From: Octopus sinensis
Lineage: Eukaryota
Assembly: GCF_006345805.1 (NCBI RefSeq)
Contig: NC_043005.1
Coordinates: forward strand, 46,376,001 to 46,440,000
Length of the DNA stretch: 64,000 bases
Direction: 5' to 3'
Shown here: positions 61,554-64,000 of the stretch, in pieces
How positions within the stretch are numbered: position 1 is the first letter of the stretch
Layout: every line of letters begins with the position of its first letter
The notes under the pieces: generated by a model
Told to the model about the DNA's origin: nothing
Seen by the model: the letters and a program-made list of their open reading frames with translations, nothing else
The model's database searches: none
Position numbers and translations under genes: made by a program

Positions 61554-63097
61554 TTCACAATCTAGAAAGAAAAGACAGAATGTTCATGCCTGAAAGCCTT
61601 TGATCATAAGTCTTCTCAGTAATCTTTGACTTGTAATTAAACAACAATAAAAACAGTTGGTATTCAAACATTTTCAAAGACGATATGGTGAAATTTGAAG
61701 TAGATTTCGCTATTGTGTTAGGTCTAGTAATCTAGTCGGAGCTTCTTCGTTGGTTTTAGATCATATGTGTCCACCTTGCCAACCTCCGCTGTGGACACGG
61801 CCGGGATGTAAAGGTGTAAGGGTATATAATGGAGGGAAAGAGGGAGAGGGAAAGAGAGAGGGGGAAAGAGTGTATTTGTGCGTGTGTATAGACATGTTCA
61901 GAATGCAAAACTCCATTTCATACTATTTAACATGCAGCCAGAACTTGTCGGAGCTAGGTGGAGGAACAGAGCATATGTAGAATAATAGATCTGTGGGTGT
62001 ATCTTGTCCGGCTGTTACCTGCATTCTATAGGTATTTCAGAGTTGACATGAGATAGCTACGAAATAGGTAGTGGTGGCTGAGACGAAGGCGAGGACTACT
62101 ACAAGTTTTATATACAGTTGTCTTTTAATCTAGTTTTAGGTCTCCAATAAATTTGTGTATCGCATGATGATTTCTTCTCTAAGCAATAAGCAACTTTATA
62201 GAGTCGATGTTTTACACAGTGCACAGGATTTGTGACAGGATATGAACTCGTGTTAACCTAAAACGTATGATACGTTATCCAAGCGGCCATGTCGCATAAT
62301 CTAAAATGATAAAGTGTTGTAAAACTGTACGTTCGTTTATCTCTTCATTGAAGTCTTATTGCCCAGATAGATATATAAAAATATCAACTCGTAAATCACA
62401 ACAACTAATCGAAGAATAAAATTGATGTTAGAAAGCAATTTATATTTAGGGGTAGATAGGTTTTTGAATTAAAACTGAAACCGTAACTTAAAGAGAAAAA
62501 TATTATGATTGACAACAAACGGTCGTAATTTAGATTTTTATTGCGACCATCATGAGATTCAATTTAACTTCTGTTACAGGTTCCCTCATCAAGTTGCTGT
62601 TGCTGTTGTTGTTGTTGCTATTGTTTAACCCGTGTTGTCTCGTTCATTTGTTGTTTGACTGCAGCTTAGCTCTGATCAAGTGGATGTATGATCAAAGACA
62701 TTCACGTTATAATCTTTCTATCATGTTTTACACGGAAAATTTGTACCCAAAACGACAATAACTAATATACCTTCCCTTTTACACGATAATAAGTTTAAAT
62801 TTCATGGAGATTTGACTGCTATTTCTGTCAGTAGAATGGCCATGTAGAGGAACACTTTCGTTGGCTCTTACTCTTGTTTGACTTTAAACATTTCTGATGA
62901 ATTTAAACTCATTTATAATATCTTGTTACATGGTTTCCTCTTTACCTAAAATCAAAAAGTTTGAAATTTTTATTGTTGCTTAACTCTATTAATTTCCTTG
63001 ACTTTGAATTAGTAAAATTGAAATTAGGCTTATAAATGTGGCCGCACCAGTTACAAATGATCAAATTTCTCTCAAATTAATGCAAATATTTTTGTGA

Positions 63098-63210
63098 AGG
63101 CACGTGGCCAAGTGATTAAGGCGATGCGCTCACGATCAACAAATCGTAAGTTCGATTCGCGGACTGGGTGGTGTGGTGTGTTGTGTTCTTGAGCAAAACA
63201 CTTCATTTCA
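63098..63210 (+). mobile_element. SINE family C head fragment
   Basis: GGCACGTGGCCAAGTGATTAAGG...GTAAGTTCGATTCGCGG...TTGTGTTCTTGAGCAAAACACTT. Confidence 0.7.
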
Positions 63211-63539
63211 AAGAACTAAACCAACGTTTCCTCTACATGTCGTAAAACGTAACAGAAAGATGTACACTCCGAATACGTAAAACCCTCCGCCATCAAAGAC
63301 TATCCAAACAGACCCATGAGCTGGAAAATTCTCGCCTGAGTGGTGCAAGAGTGTCATCCACCAAGAATAAGAACTCATCAACAAATGGTAGATGCAGGAA
63401 ATTGCTGTTATGTCGAATGCCCCCATATTACTACTACTTCAAATTTCTAACTTGTTAAAATTATCACTCCATTTCTTTGAATATCATTAGGGGTTTTCTT
63501 GACTTTTCCATGTAGGGTGGAGAGAGGATAATCAATTAT

Positions 63540-63903
63540 AGGTGCAGGCGTGGCTGTGTGGTAAAAAGCTTGCTTCTCAACCACATGGTTCTGGGTTCAG
63601 TGCCACTGCGTGGAACCCTAGGCAAATGTCTTCTGCAGCCTCGAGCCGACCAAAGTTTTGTGAGTGGATTTGGTAGATGGAAACTGAAAGAATCCCGTCG
63701 TATATATGTGTATGCGTGTGCGTGTATCTATGTATGTGTGTTTACGTCCCCGTAAACTAGCGGTTCGGCAAAAGAACCGATAGAATAAGTACTAGGCTTA
63801 AGAGATAAGTCTAAGGGTCGATTTTTTCAACTTAAAGCTCTCCAATACGGTGCTCCAGCATGGCTGCAGTCAAATGGCTGAAACAAGTAAAAGAATAAAA
63901 GAA
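63540..63903 (+). mobile_element. SINE family B, near full length
   Basis: AGGTGCAGGCGTGGCTGTGTGGTAA...GGTGCTCCAGCATGGCTGCAGTCAAATGGCTGAAACAAGTAAAAGAATA. Confidence 0.9.
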
Positions 63904-64000
63904 TTAAGATATTTGGTATATGTCATTTGGTATACTCTCCGCTTAATTTCCATCTTTAAATTCATAGCTGAATCTCTTGAGCCCTTCAAGACGGTGCTCC

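Overview
AT-rich, microsatellite-saturated animal DNA, very probably octopus. This is inferred from three recurring tRNA-headed SINE families and extreme (TA)n/(TATC)n/(TAA)n/(TACA)n content. No host gene can be called; only a few weak candidate exons were seen, and most supplied ORFs are translated microsatellites. The window is intronic or intergenic and built from mobile DNA. It holds a near-full-length Tx1-clade LINE (14.5-20.6 kb) plus a 5'-truncated sister copy, both bounded by (TATC)n. It also holds R4/Dong-type RLE LINE pieces in (TAA)n, an RTE-like non-autonomous piece, Tc1/mariner/maT remnants and MITEs, Helitron-like non-autonomous elements and about 30 SINE copies or fragments. The most striking signal is invisible in the ORF track: a set of hammerhead ribozyme (HHR) motifs found by hand-folding. 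Two sit as mirror pairs in head-to-head palindromes embedded in (TA)n (12.7-13.2 kb, 39.06-39.22 kb). One has a long branched stem II (21.25 kb), one lies downstream of a Penelope-type GIY-YIG remnant (47.66 kb), and one is a type-III-like variant (40.1 kb). Together with several other inverted repeats, they point to a Penelope-like-element-derived ribozyme/palindrome system. The second highlight is an apparently (TATC)n-targeting Tx1 family. All structures were derived by eye; no searches or folding programs were run.
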